Assembly: GCA_934122215.1 (NCBI GenBank)
Contig: CAKOWF010000002.1
Coordinates: 1-54,034, forward strand
From: an uncultured Bacilli bacterium
Lineage (GTDB): Bacteria; Bacillota_I; Bacilli_A; RF39; UBA660
Direction: 5' to 3'
DNA: 54,034 nt
Shown here: positions 41,729-50,060 of the stretch, one piece after another
Position numbering within the stretch: position 1 is the stretch's first letter
How the letters are laid out: each line of letters opens with the position of its first letter
Made by a program: the position numbers and the translations under genes
Notes under the pieces: model-generated
Database searches by the model: none
What the model saw: only the letters and a program-made list of their open reading frames with translations
What the model was told of the DNA's origin: nothing

Positions 41729-44323
41729 GTGAAAAATGGATTAACAAAAGAAGAAGTAATAAAGAATAGGGAACAATATGGTAGTAATGCATTAGAAAAT
41801 ATAGATAAAATAAGTTTTTTAAAAAAATTACTAGAATCACTCGGAGATCCAATAATTAGAATATTAATAATAGCTTTGGGAATCAAAATGGTATTTTTAA
41901 TAAAAGACTTTGATTGGTATGAAACAGTAGGTATTGTAATAGCTATTTTTATAGCTTCCTTTATATCAACAATATCAGAATATGGAAGTGAGCAAGCTTT
42001 TCAAAAATTACAAATGGAAGCTTCCAAAATAAAGTGCAAAGTTAAAAGAAATAAAATAGTAGAAGAAATATCAATAAAAGATGTAGTAGTAAATGATATT
42101 GTAGTATTAGAAACAGGAGATAAAATACCAGCAGATGGATATCTAATTGAAGGAGAAATAACAGTAGATGAATCATCACTAACTGGTGAAACAAAAGAAG
42201 TAAGAAAATTATCATCAACTACTAGACTAGAAAAAAATAGACTATATAGAGGTAGTGTTGTATATTCAAAATCAGGTTTAATGTTAGTAACAGAAGTAGG
42301 AAATAATACCTTATATGGTAAATTGGCTAAAGAGGTATCAGAAAAATCACCTGATAGTCCACTTAAAATAAGACTAAGACATTTAGCCAAAATAATAAGC
42401 AATATAGGATATGTTGGAGCATTTTTAGTATCAGTTTCATATCTTTTTTCTGCAATAGTTTTAAAAAATAATTTTGATATAAATTTAATAAAAGAAACAG
42501 TAACTAATATTCCATTAATGATAGGATATATTTTATATGCTTTAACTTTATCAGTAACAATAATAGTAGTAGCAGTACCAGAAGGACTACCTATGATGAT
42601 CACTTTAGTACTTTCTTCAAACATGAAAAGGATGTTAAAAAATAATGTATTAGTTAGAAAATTAGTAGGTATAGAAACAGCAGGTAGTTTAAATATTCTA
42701 TTTACTGATAAAACAGGTACACTAACAAAAGGTAAACTAGAAGTATCATGTTTTGTAGATGCTGAGTTAAATGAATATAATAGTATATTAGATTTAAAAA
42801 AGTATAACAATTTAAGTAATATAGTTTTAAAATCAATATATTATAATACATCAAGTACCTTTTCTAATGGTTATATAACAGGTGGTAATAGTACAGATAA
42901 ATCAATACTAAAATTTATTCAAAAAAATCCAGAATTAAATTATGAAATAGTAAAAACAGAACCATTTTCAAGTAAAAATAAATATTCAAAATCAGTTATA
43001 AAAAAAGATAATCAATATGAATATTTAATAAAAGGTGCATATGAAAAAATATTACCTAAATGTAATAAATATTATACAAAAGGTGGTAATAAATTAAGTA
43101 TAAATAAAAATAAAATAGAAAATTATTTAAAAAGTATTACTAATAAAGGTATAAGAGTAATAGTATTAGCTACTGCAGGCAATGATAAATTTGATGACTT
43201 AACACTAGTAGGTATTATATGTATAAAAGATGAAATAAGAAATGAAGCCGTAGATGCTATAAAAATGATTAATGAAGCTCATATTCAAACTGTAATGATA
43301 ACAGGAGATAATAAAGAAACAGCGCTAAATATAGCTAAAGAAGTAGGTTTATACAAAGATAATGATGTTATATTAACTAGTGATGAATTAAATAATTTAT
43401 CCGATATAGAAATTAAAAATATATTACCAAAGTTAAAAGTAGTAGCTAGAGCTTTACCACAAGACAAAAGTAGACTAGTTAAAATAGCTTCATCTTTAGG
43501 ATTAGTAGTAGGTATGACAGGGGATGGAGTAAATGATGCCCCAGCACTTAAAAAGGCGGATATAGGCTTTGCTATGGGTTCAGGGACAGAGGTTGCTAAA
43601 GAAGCAAGTGATATCGTTATTTTAGATGATAATATTAAGTCTATAGCAGCGGCTATTTTATATGGTAGAACTATATTTAAAAGTATTAGAAAATTTATTA
43701 TATTTCAATTAACTGTTAATATATGTGCTGTAACTTTATCTATTATAGGACCTTTTATAGGTGTTGATACTCCAGTTACAGTTATTCAAATGTTATGGGT
43801 AAATATGGTGATGGATACTTTAGCCGGAATAGCATTCTCTTATGAACCACCATTATTAGAATATATGAAAGAATTTCCTAAAAAGAAAAATGAGCCTATA
43901 TTAAATAAATATATGATTCATGAAATATTATTTACAGGTGCTTATTCTTCAATACTTTGTATATTTTTTTTAAAGAGTAGTTTTATTCATCAATTATTTA
44001 GAAATGGTGTTAATGATGAATATTTTATGACAGCATTCTTTGGCCTATTTATATTTATATCTATTTTTAATGCTTTTAATGCTAGAACAGTTAGAATTAA
44101 TTTATTAGCTAATATTATTAAAAATAAAGTATTTTTATTTACTATATTATTTATAACTATAGTTCAATTAGTTTTAATTTATTTTGGTGGTGAATTATTT
44201 AGAACAGCAGGTCTTACTATTAGTGAATTAGAAATAATGATTTTGATAGCTGCTACTGTAATACCTGTTGATTGGCTAAGAAAAACTACATTAAGACATA
44301 GAGGAATAATAGGCGGAGTTTAA
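41729..44323 (+). CDS. P-type Ca2+-transporting ATPase
   Basis: DKTGTLT, TGDN, GDGVNDAPALKKADIG and PEGLP (TM4) motifs. Probable GTG start at 41729 after AGGTGA; the track's TTG start is at 41699. Confidence 0.9.
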   Translation: MKNGLTKEEVIKNREQYGSNALENIDKISFLKKLLESLGDPIIRILIIALGIKMVFLIKDFDWYETVGIVIAIFIASFISTISEYGSEQAFQKLQMEASKIKCKVKRNKIVEEISIKDVVVNDIVVLETGDKIPADGYLIEGEITVDESSLTGETKEVRKLSSTTRLEKNRLYRGSVVYSKSGLMLVTEVGNNTLYGKLAKEVSEKSPDSPLKIRLRHLAKIISNIGYVGAFLVSVSYLFSAIVLKNNFDINLIKETVTNIPLMIGYILYALTLSVTIIVVAVPEGLPMMITLVLSSNMKRMLKNNVLVRKLVGIETAGSLNILFTDKTGTLTKGKLEVSCFVDAELNEYNSILDLKKYNNLSNIVLKSIYYNTSSTFSNGYITGGNSTDKSILKFIQKNPELNYEIVKTEPFSSKNKYSKSVIKKDNQYEYLIKGAYEKILPKCNKYYTKGGNKLSINKNKIENYLKSITNKGIRVIVLATAGNDKFDDLTLVGIICIKDEIRNEAVDAIKMINEAHIQTVMITGDNKETALNIAKEVGLYKDNDVILTSDELNNLSDIEIKNILPKLKVVARALPQDKSRLVKIASSLGLVVGMTGDGVNDAPALKKADIGFAMGSGTEVAKEASDIVILDDNIKSIAAAILYGRTIFKSIRKFIIFQLTVNICAVTLSIIGPFIGVDTPVTVIQMLWVNMVMDTLAGIAFSYEPPLLEYMKEFPKKKNEPILNKYMIHEILFTGAYSSILCIFFLKSSFIHQLFRNGVNDEYFMTAFFGLFIFISIFNAFNARTVRINLLANIIKNKVFLFTILFITIVQLVLIYFGGELFRTAGLTISELEIMILIAATVIPVDWLRKTTLRHRGIIGGV

Positions 44324-44340
44324 TAAATGTCGGTAATGAT

Positions 44341-44369
44341 TTGAAATATATATTATTTTATTATATAAT
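44341..44369 (+). promoter_or_regulatory. sigma-A promoter
   Basis: TTGAAA, 17-nt spacer, TATAAT. Confidence 0.5.
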
Positions 44370-44384
44370 GTATTTGGTGATATT

Positions 44385-44927
44385 ATGATTTACTTATATA
44401 AAGATTTAACTACGTTAGGTAAAAATGATTTTAATATTAAAAAAATGGTGGAAAGAGAAGAATTATATATGATAAAAAAGGGTATTTATAGTACTACTAA
44501 AGACTATAATTATTTAGAGTTAATAGCTAAAAAACATCCAAATGTCATATTTACACTTTATACAGCTTGTCATTGTTATGGTTTAATTAAGGATAATATA
44601 GTTCCATACACTATAGTAACTAAACAAAAAGATAGAAAAATATTAGATGAAAATGTTAAGCAAATATTTATGACAGATTCTTTATATTCTATAGGTATGA
44701 ATAAAGTTAAATATTTGGGCTTTGATATTAAAATATATAATTTAGAGAGATTATTAATAGAAGTGCTTAGAAATAAAAAGAATATTGATTTTGAATTATA
44801 TAAAGAAATAATTAATGGTTATAAAAAAATAAGTAAATTATTAAATAGAAGTAAAATAGATGAGTATATTTCTTATTTTAAAGATCCAAAAATTATTTAT
44901 CGATTAGAAAATGATTTGTTTAATTAG
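44385..44927 (+). CDS. AbiEi-family (type IV toxin-antitoxin antitoxin-like) protein
   Basis: N-terminal pattern LTTLGKNDFNIKKMVEREELYMIKKGIYS, followed by HPNVIFTLYTACHCYGL. This matches my memory of AbiEi N-terminal domains; no search was run. Confidence 0.5.
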   Translation: MIYLYKDLTTLGKNDFNIKKMVEREELYMIKKGIYSTTKDYNYLELIAKKHPNVIFTLYTACHCYGLIKDNIVPYTIVTKQKDRKILDENVKQIFMTDSLYSIGMNKVKYLGFDIKIYNLERLLIEVLRNKKNIDFELYKEIINGYKKISKLLNRSKIDEYISYFKDPKIIYRLENDLFN

Positions 44928-44955
44928 ATAGTTACAAAATATAACTATCTTTTTT
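44926..44955 (+). terminator. rho-independent terminator
   Basis: 9-bp stem AGATAGTTA/TAACTATCT, 7-nt loop, T5. Confidence 0.65.
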
Positions 44956-44985
44956 CCATATTTTTCCAAAAAACGACAAATTTTA

Positions 44986-45014
44986 TTGAAAGAAGAAGTA
45001 AATTGTGCTAGTAT
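44986..45014 (+). promoter_or_regulatory. candidate sigma-A promoter (extended -10)
   Basis: TTGAAA, 17-nt spacer, TAGTAT, preceded by TGC. Confidence 0.45.
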
Positions 45015-45054
45015 TAAAAAGTAGTGGTAACTAATAGTAAACTGGGTGATATAT

Positions 45055-45771
45055 GTGTTTGAATTTATTGTTTGTGATGACCAAGTAATGTTTTCAAAGG
45101 GTATTGTCAAGTTAATTGACAGTATTTTTATGAAAAATTCTTTTGATTATACTATTAAATCATTTTCTAATTATGATGATAACTTTGAAGAAATAATTAA
45201 AAGAAAAGGTTCAAAGATATATATTTTAGATATAGAATTAAACAATGGTATATCAGGTATTGATATAGCAAGAAAAATCAGAGAGTATGATTGGAACAGT
45301 ACAATTATTATGCTAACATCACATAGTGAGATGGGATATGATGTTTTAAAAGCTCAAATAATGGTTCTGGATTTTATATCTAAATTTGAAGATTATAAAT
45401 TAAGACTTACTCAATTGATAGAAAAAATTATAGAAAAAGAAAATATAAAAGGAGTAATTCATTATACAAATAAAGGATATAGTTATCGAATAGATATATC
45501 AAATATTTTATATATAGTAAAAGAACCACTAGGAAGAAAGTGTAAGGTTGTTACTATTAATGGAGAATATGATATTACTTGTACATTAAGTGAAATAATG
45601 ACTAGATTAGATGAAAATTTTTATTTAACGCATAGAAGTTGTATAGTTAATACAGCACATATTGAACATGTTGATTGGACCAATGGGATTATTATTTTTG
45701 ATAAGGGTCAAGAAATCAATTTGTTGTCAAGAGAGAGGAAAAAGGGATTGAAAAATTATGTTAATGTTTAG
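45055..45771 (+). CDS. agrA: LytTR-family response regulator (AgrA-like)
   Basis: The receiver has Asp in IYILDIEL. C-terminal LytTR domain (FYLTHRSCIVN). GTG at 45055 follows GGGTGA; the track start is 45046. Confidence 0.85.
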   Translation: MFEFIVCDDQVMFSKGIVKLIDSIFMKNSFDYTIKSFSNYDDNFEEIIKRKGSKIYILDIELNNGISGIDIARKIREYDWNSTIIMLTSHSEMGYDVLKAQIMVLDFISKFEDYKLRLTQLIEKIIEKENIKGVIHYTNKGYSYRIDISNILYIVKEPLGRKCKVVTINGEYDITCTLSEIMTRLDENFYLTHRSCIVNTAHIEHVDWTNGIIIFDKGQEINLLSRERKKGLKNYVNV

Positions 45772-47068
45772 TATGTACATTGTTGGGGTAGTATATAATT
45801 TGCTGTACTGTTATTTGTTTTGTAAGTATGTATTAAAAGAAAAATTTAGAGTAAATAAAAGAATGGTAGTAATTAGTTGTATATTTTCTATATTTTTATG
45901 CTTAAATTTTTATTATAACAAAACACCACTTAAACCTTTTGTTTCACATATAATATTTTTTGCTGCTATAAAAATATCATATAATGATACATTAATTAAG
46001 TCTTTAATTGGATTACTGATTTCATTTATAATTGTATCTATCAGTGAACTTATTTTTAGTTTATTGTTTGTTAATTTAATTGGAATAAAATTAGATTTCT
46101 TAAATACTACGGCATCTGGTTTTATATTTGGAAATTTTCAAATAATTGTTATAGGAATTATTATGTGTAATATTAGAAAAATAAAAAACGTATTTTATAA
46201 TATAATAATTAATACAGGAAAAGATAATGGTTATAGCTTATTATTTTTTGTAATATTAAGTTTATCAATTGTAACATTTATTTTATATGAAAATATGAAT
46301 AGTAGTAATTCAATTACATATATAATTTTAATAAATCTATTTTTTATAAGTGTATATGTATTTATGATAGGTTTCTTTGTTCAAAAGTCAAATAATAACA
46401 AATTAACTAATAAATACGATCAATTAATTGATTATTCAAAAACTTATGAACAAGAACTAGTTAAGAGAAGTAAAAAACAACATGAATATAAAAATCAACT
46501 AGTAATTATTAAAAGTATGATTGAAGATAATGATGCTGATGTAATCGATTATATAAATGGCATATTACATGACAATGATAAAAATAAAGATACAAAGTGG
46601 TTGACTAGATTAACTAATATACCTTTAGGTGGTTTAAAAGGATTAATATATTATAAAATTAATGAAATGATTTCAAAAGGTATTGATGTAAATTTGGAAG
46701 TTGCTGAATCTTTAAATAAAAAGTCATTGTGGAAAAATTATTCAGAAAATTCTCATGATATAAGTAAAATCATAGGTGTATATATTGATAATGCTATAGA
46801 AGCTGCTAGTTTATCTACAAGCAAAGAAGTAGAAATACAATTTTATTTAGAAAATAATAATATTGTATTATGCTTGGGTAATACTTTTGTTGGAAATATT
46901 GATTTATCAAAGATAGATGCTGAAGGGTATAGTACTAAAGGTAATAATAGAGGTTATGGATTACCATTAGCTAAAGATTTATTAACAAAGCATAGTGACA
47001 TATTAGAAAGTGAAAGAACTATAATACATAATTATTATGTACAAAATTTAATGATAAAAATAAAATAA
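45758..47068 (+). CDS. agrC: AgrC-like sensor histidine kinase (HPK10 type)
   Basis: 6-7 TM segments, H-box KQHEYKNQL, N-box YIDNAIEA, G-box NRGYGL. Confidence 0.8.
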   Translation: MLMFSMYIVGVVYNLLYCYLFCKYVLKEKFRVNKRMVVISCIFSIFLCLNFYYNKTPLKPFVSHIIFFAAIKISYNDTLIKSLIGLLISFIIVSISELIFSLLFVNLIGIKLDFLNTTASGFIFGNFQIIVIGIIMCNIRKIKNVFYNIIINTGKDNGYSLLFFVILSLSIVTFILYENMNSSNSITYIILINLFFISVYVFMIGFFVQKSNNNKLTNKYDQLIDYSKTYEQELVKRSKKQHEYKNQLVIIKSMIEDNDADVIDYINGILHDNDKNKDTKWLTRLTNIPLGGLKGLIYYKINEMISKGIDVNLEVAESLNKKSLWKNYSENSHDISKIIGVYIDNAIEAASLSTSKEVEIQFYLENNNIVLCLGNTFVGNIDLSKIDAEGYSTKGNNRGYGLPLAKDLLTKHSDILESERTIIHNYYVQNLMIKIK

Positions 47069-47088
47069 AAATGGTACAAACCATTTTT
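47067..47088. terminator. bidirectional terminator between convergent agrC and agrD
   Basis: 9-bp stem AAAAATGGT/ACCATTTTT, loop ACAA, with an A-run upstream and a T-run downstream. Confidence 0.6.
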
Positions 47089-47108
47089 ATTTTATATAGA
47101 AGAACATG

Positions 47109-47234
47109 TTATTTTTCAATTATGCTTTTTGGACATTCTGGTTCATCAATAAAGAATGCTATGCAACCATTAGCTCCTAAAGTACTAACTGCCCCACCTA
47201 GAAGTCCTAAAACTGATGCAAATAATTTTAACAT
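47109..47234 (-). CDS. agrD: autoinducing peptide precursor AgrD (41 aa; not in the ORF track)
   Basis: AGGAGGTGGAGAA then ATG. Translation MLKLFASVLGLLGGAVSTLGANGCIAFFIDEPECPKSIIEK: amphipathic leader, Cys-containing core, conserved acidic DEPExPK tail. Lies 23 nt downstream of agrB. Confidence 0.8.
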   Translation of the reverse strand: MLKLFASVLGLLGGAVSTLGANGCIAFFIDEPECPKSIIEK

Positions 47235-47257
47235 TTCTCCACCTCCTTTATATATAT

Positions 47258-47866
47258 CTAAACATTACTGTTTAAACCATAGTTTTTATAATTTTTATAA
47301 GGAAGATTAAATATCTTATAAGTTAATGGATTAATTAATATAACCTCTGTAAAAATACCAAATAATATTAAATTAGTAATAGTATTAGTAGTAAAGAAAG
47401 AAATAATCAATAAAATTAAAGTATTAATACTAGTTATTACTTTATATATAATCCTTTTTTTTCTATTAATTAAAGGCCTTTTATATGTATCAGAAGGTGC
47501 ATATAAAATTATAAGAATAAACAATATAAGACTTATAATGATATGTAATGACAATGGAATGAATAATAATTTAGAAATATATGGAAAAATAACAAACATA
47601 ATTGTAGAAGAAATCCAACAATCAATACTTCTTTTCGCATGTATTCCAAAACCTGTCAATCTTAATATGTTAAATGTAATCAACATAATAAGCATTTCAT
47701 TAAATAAGTTTAATATAATACACAATATAGAAATAACAATTAACTTAGTCATAGATAAATAAATACCTTCTAGACCATATCTAATTTCTTCAAGTTGTGT
47801 ATCACTATAATCAGGATAGTATTTTTTAATACTATTCATAGAAAAATTTAAACATATATTTTTCAT
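47258..47866 (-). CDS. agrB: AgrB, AgrD-processing membrane endopeptidase
   Basis: ILRLTGFGIHAKRSIDCWISS (His/Cys catalytic context) and LYAPSDTYKRPL motifs; multi-TM. Confidence 0.88.
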   Translation of the reverse strand: MKNICLNFSMNSIKKYYPDYSDTQLEEIRYGLEGIYLSMTKLIVISILCIILNLFNEMLIMLITFNILRLTGFGIHAKRSIDCWISSTIMFVIFPYISKLLFIPLSLHIIISLILFILIILYAPSDTYKRPLINRKKRIIYKVITSINTLILLIISFFTTNTITNLILFGIFTEVILINPLTYKIFNLPYKNYKNYGLNSNV

Positions 47867-47985
47867 TTAATTCTCCTTTACATCTCTAGAATACATCAAA
47901 AAAAATGATAAAAATAAATCATCATTTTGAATGTAAATAAGAACGTTTAAGATATAAAAAAAAATACATAAATTAATCATTAAAT

Positions 47986-48015
47986 ACCGTTTATGTACAA
48001 AAACATACAGTTCAT
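47986..48015 (+). promoter_or_regulatory. candidate LytTR operator (9-12-9 direct repeat)
   Basis: ACCGTTTAT (47986-47994), 12-nt spacer, ACAGTTCAT (48007-48015); 7/9 identical. A -10-like TATGAT at 48044-48049 starts 28 nt downstream. Confidence 0.4.
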
Positions 48016-48085
48016 CACCATTTTAATAAATAATATGTCAAAATATGATATCTTTAAAATGTTCGCTAGTAGAAGGAGGCAGTAT

Positions 48086-48301
48086 ATGTTTGAAGGAAAA
48101 GTAATATGGTTTAATAACGAAAAAGGATATGGATTTATCCAATTTGAAGATAAAGAAGTATTTGTTCATTATAGCAGTATTTTAGATGATAATTATAAAA
48201 CTTTAATAAAAGACGAAAAAGTTACTTTTGATTTAAGACAAACAGAAAAAGGTCTTAGAGCAGTAAATGTAAAAAGCTTAAGCAAAATAGAAAGTAAGTG
48301 A
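48086..48301 (+). CDS. cold-shock domain protein
   Basis: ATG at 48086 follows AGGAGG. RNP1-like KGYGFI and RNP2-like VFVHY. The track ORF from 47993 adds a spurious N-terminus. Confidence 0.9.
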   Translation: MFEGKVIWFNNEKGYGFIQFEDKEVFVHYSSILDDNYKTLIKDEKVTFDLRQTEKGLRAVNVKSLSKIESK

Positions 48302-48305
48302 AATA

Positions 48306-49046
48306 ATGATTAATTTTATTATATATGAAGATGAAGAAAGAATGAGAAAAATATATAAAGAAGTAATCAACAAATTTTTTTATAATAACAATCAAAGTTA
48401 TAAAATAACAGAATTAGCAAGTTATGAAGAATATCAAAAAAATAAAATATCAGAAATAGAAGGAAAGAAAATATTTCTATTAGATATAGATGTTCCAGGA
48501 AAAACAGGATTAGAACTAGCACGTGAAATTAGAGAATCAAAAGATTGGCATAGTCAATTAATAGTAATAACAGCGAATGAAGATTTAAAAGAAGAAAGTT
48601 TAACTGGAAAAATGTTAATGCTAGATTTTATATCTAAGTGTGATGATATAAAAATTAAATTAAAAGAAACTATTATTCTAGCATTTAATATATTAAATTC
48701 AAGTAAATCAATACAAATAAAACAAAAAGGTGAAATATATCAAATAAATTATGAATCGATTCTATATATTGAAAAAAATTTAAATGATAATTATATTACA
48801 ATAGTAACAAAAAATGACAAAATAATATTTAAATGTAGTATTAATCATGCTGCTGATTATTTAAATAATGATCCTAGATTTATGAAAACACATAGAAGCT
48901 GTATTGTGAACTTATTAAATATAGAAAAATATGATTACGTTTCAAATATAATAAAATTTAACAACAAAACATCAATAGATTATATATCCAGAGAAAAGAA
49001 AAAAGAATTAAAAGAAAGACTATTAAATTACCAATTAAATAACTAA
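48306..49046 (+). CDS. orphan LytTR-family response regulator
   Basis: The receiver has Asp in IFLLDIDVPG. C-terminal LytTR (FMKTHRSCIVN). The start lies 4 nt after the csp stop. Confidence 0.85.
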   Translation: MINFIIYEDEERMRKIYKEVINKFFYNNNQSYKITELASYEEYQKNKISEIEGKKIFLLDIDVPGKTGLELAREIRESKDWHSQLIVITANEDLKEESLTGKMLMLDFISKCDDIKIKLKETIILAFNILNSSKSIQIKQKGEIYQINYESILYIEKNLNDNYITIVTKNDKIIFKCSINHAADYLNNDPRFMKTHRSCIVNLLNIEKYDYVSNIIKFNNKTSIDYISREKKKELKERLLNYQLNN

Positions 49047-49170
49047 TACCAAAAAACACCAATTATAAACAATTTATCATTTTTTTTAAAAACAAATAGA
49101 TATTTATGCTAGTATAATAGTGCGCAAGTTTTGATATATCGATTTGTGATTTAGAAAGTGAGGTGCTAGT

Positions 49171-49383
49171 GTGATAGGTAAGGTTAAATGGTTTAATAAT
49201 GAAAAAGGGTTTGGATTTATTGAGTATAATGATAAAGAAGATATTTTTGTTCATTATTCATCTATAAGAACTGAGGGCTATAAAACTTTAGTAGAAGGTC
49301 AAAAAATTCAATTTGACTTAGTAAAAACTGATAAAGGTTTACAAGCAAAAAATGTAATAGAACTAGAAACTACTTTAATTTAG
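49171..49383 (+). CDS. cold-shock protein
   Basis: GTG start. [15 protein letters not shown] and IFVHYSSI motifs. Confidence 0.92.
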   Translation: MIGKVKWFNNEKGFGFIEYNDKEDIFVHYSSIRTEGYKTLVEGQKIQFDLVKTDKGLQAKNVIELETTLI

Positions 49384-49403
49384 ATTGAAGTAGTTTTATT
49401 TTT
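49367..49403 (+). terminator. rho-independent terminator
   Basis: 9-bp stem AAACTACTT/AAGTAGTTT, 12-nt loop, T-rich tail. Confidence 0.6.
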
Positions 49404-49430
49404 ATGATAGAATATAATTGAGGAGATGAT

Positions 49431-49955
49431 ATGATGTTATTAAACATTCGTGGTGATAAGATAGAGGTCACTGATTCAATCAAAAACTATATTGAGGAAA
49501 AATTAAAGAGATTGGATAAGTACTTTGAAAATCCTGAAGATTTAAAAGCAAACATCGTTGTAAGAACTAGAGGAATTGATCAAATAATAGAGGTTACAAT
49601 TCCAATTAAAAAAGCTATATTAAGAGCAGAAGAAACAAATAAGGATTTGTATGCAGCTATTGATAAAGTAACTGATAAACTAGAAAGATCAATAAGAAAA
49701 AATAAAACTAAGATTAAAAGAAGAAAAGTAGAAAATATGGATGTATTCTTAGATTTTGAGGTAGAAGAGGAAGAAGAACAAAAAATAGTCAAAAGAAAAC
49801 AAATTAATAATAAACCAATGAGTGAAGAAGAAGCAATACTTCAAATGGATTTGTTAGATCATGATTTCTTCATATTCCAAAATACTGAAACTAATAATAT
49901 GTCAGTAATTTATAAAAGAAAAGATAATTCATACGGTATTATAGAAATTATATAA
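49431..49955 (+). CDS. hpf: ribosome hibernation promoting factor (long form)
   Basis: IRGDKIEVTDSIKNYIEEKLKRLDKYF N-terminal domain plus a C-terminal dimerisation domain (KPMSEEEAILQMDLLDHDFFIFQN). Confidence 0.92.
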   Translation: MMLLNIRGDKIEVTDSIKNYIEEKLKRLDKYFENPEDLKANIVVRTRGIDQIIEVTIPIKKAILRAEETNKDLYAAIDKVTDKLERSIRKNKTKIKRRKVENMDVFLDFEVEEEEEQKIVKRKQINNKPMSEEEAILQMDLLDHDFFIFQNTETNNMSVIYKRKDNSYGIIEII

Positions 49956-49975
49956 GAGCTTAGGCTCTTTTTGTT
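49954..49975 (+). terminator. short rho-independent terminator
   Basis: AAGAGC, loop TTAG, GCTCTT, then T-run. Confidence 0.5.
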
Positions 49976-50060
49976 TTCAAAAAGTTTACATAGGATATCT
50001 TTACAATATTCACAAATTCATTTATAATGAATTGTAGAAAGTTATTTGTGGGGTGTTATT

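Noticed and set aside
42001-42810. 269-aa minus-strand ORF
   Set aside because: It lies entirely antisense within the well-supported P-type ATPase gene. Its translation is low-complexity (Ser/Thr/Phe/Ile-rich), with no RBS or motifs. It is an artefact of AT-rich, stop-poor antisense frames.
45006-45014. Shared 9-mer TGCTAGTAT at the -10 regions upstream of the agrA-like gene and of the second csp (49107-49115)
   Set aside because: A single 9-nt match between two sites in 54 kb (both strands) is close to chance expectation. There is no extended similarity around it.
47071-47310. 79-aa plus-strand ORF in the agrC-agrB gap
   Set aside because: It runs antisense across the much better supported agrD (strong RBS, AgrD tripartite sequence) and into agrB, and it starts inside the bidirectional terminator.
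47993-48085. N-terminal extension of the first csp (track start 47993, 102 aa)
   Set aside because: The extension has no RBS, overlaps the LytTR-type repeat and the promoter-like elements, and is not CSD-like. The ATG at 48086 has a perfect AGGAGG RBS and gives a normal ~70-aa Csp.
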